64,000 bases of DNA from Balanoglossus misakiensis (lineage: Eukaryota; Animalia; Hemichordata), in assembly GCA_040954595.2 (NCBI GenBank), contig CM082595.2, positions 1,201,690 through 1,265,689 on the forward strand, given 5' to 3'. Below are positions 63,144 to 64,000 of the stretch, in pieces. Made by a program: the position numbers and the translations under genes. The number at the start of each line of letters is the position of its first letter. Position 1 is the first letter of the stretch. The notes under the pieces were generated by a model, which ran no database searches, had not been told where the DNA came from, and worked only from the letters and a program-made list of their open reading frames with translations.

Positions 63144-63891
63144 TCAGAGTGCGAAATCCAAGTACGACAAATGTCTTATTGCCTTGTATTGATTTGGAAT
63201 GTCCATCAATGTGTGCACGGCTAATGTTGTTTCTGGTTTCTCAGCATGTGACATGACGGCGTGGAAATTCACAAAGTGGAAGTTTTCAAATTTCCTGCGG
63301 GGAAGATCTTCAATGAAGCTGCCGACCATATCCCATGGTCCATCACCAACACCAACCACAATGATTGACAGGGGATATTTAGAAGCTTCTTTAATGGCAG
63401 ACTTGGTTGCCCTCTCAGACGTCACATGACCATCGGCTATTATGACGAGTATGTGATACTGTGAAATGAAAAGATAAAAAGAATTACATGTATGGAATGG
63501 TATGTGATTTTTATGAAAACAAGATTGTGAACACCCTATTTCTTTTTTCATTTTCAAAAAGACTTCTTAGAACTCTGTGAAATATGTTTGTAAGATGCAA
63601 ATGTACTACTGTAAAGGGATGCATTTATAGGAAAACACTTACTGCTTTGGTTGTTTTGACGATATCAATGGCTTGTTTAATGATTGGAGCATAGTTTGTT
63701 GGTCCACTGAGTCTAACTGATGCTGTAACTTCTTTGTACGTCTGCAGAACATCCTGGAACCCAAAGCATGAGGCGTTCACTTTGAAAGGAAACACTCTCT
63801 TATCCCGAGTGGAACTATCACCAAAACCGAAGACTGGAATCAATCCATCTTCATCAAATGGAGCCAAGGTTTCACCTAGGATAGAAATAAC
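63144..63891 (-). CDS. Atypical copine / RGLG-CPNA-type vWA domain protein, last two exons (63643-63891, 63144-63458), 5'-incomplete
   Basis: [17 protein letters not shown]...[15 protein letters not shown]...[12 protein letters not shown]...[18 protein letters not shown]...R.F.NF.FVNF...[11 protein letters not shown] matches the copine A domain, with the GDGPWD variant typical of RGLG/CPNA proteins. Confidence 0.85.
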
Positions 63892-64000
63892 CTAAAAGAA
63901 ACAGACAATGTTATAGGTTGTCTATTTTTGTAAGTCATCATTTGTTGCTAGCAATTTCTACTGGTTCTATAATCATTCAATTCTTTGCTATATTAAAGTG

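Noticed and set aside
1-64000. tRNA, rRNA, CRISPR arrays or bacterial operons
   Set aside because: None were seen; the window is spliceosomal-intron-rich metazoan DNA.

Overview
Intron-rich, AT-rich animal genomic DNA, probably an invertebrate deuterostome such as a hemichordate (inference only). There are no prokaryotic features. Four spliced genes are present. (1) The 3' part of a TRIM36/46-like gene (+, ending at 2112) that appears to lack SPRY. (2) A complete 17-exon, about 1175-aa secreted 'mini-perlecan' (-, 10561..2812): signal peptide, LDLa, VWC, four copies of an unrecognised ~140-aa four-Cys module, three LDLa, Ig, then the first laminin-B unit and a stop. (3) A full-length perlecan/HSPG2 gene (+, 12993..61625), head-to-head with gene 2, with a 16-kb first intron. 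Its domain II carries two modules absent from canonical perlecan: an FN3 that closely resembles the netrin-binding FN4 of DCC/neogenin/Frazzled, and a SUEL rhamnose/galactose lectin. (4) The 3' end of an atypical copine (RGLG/CPNA-type vWA) gene (-). Introns hold about 10 copies of a ~90-bp TTAA/CCCT piggyBac-type MITE, two Tc1/mariner-type MITEs and a TIR-bounded satellite. The most interesting system is the divergent perlecan/mini-perlecan pair: both keep the same LDLa3-Ig-laminin-B core with matching exon sizes but carry different phase-1 modules upstream of it. Exon structures were assembled by eye from GT/AG boundaries and frame continuity, and homologies are from recalled family motifs, not searches.
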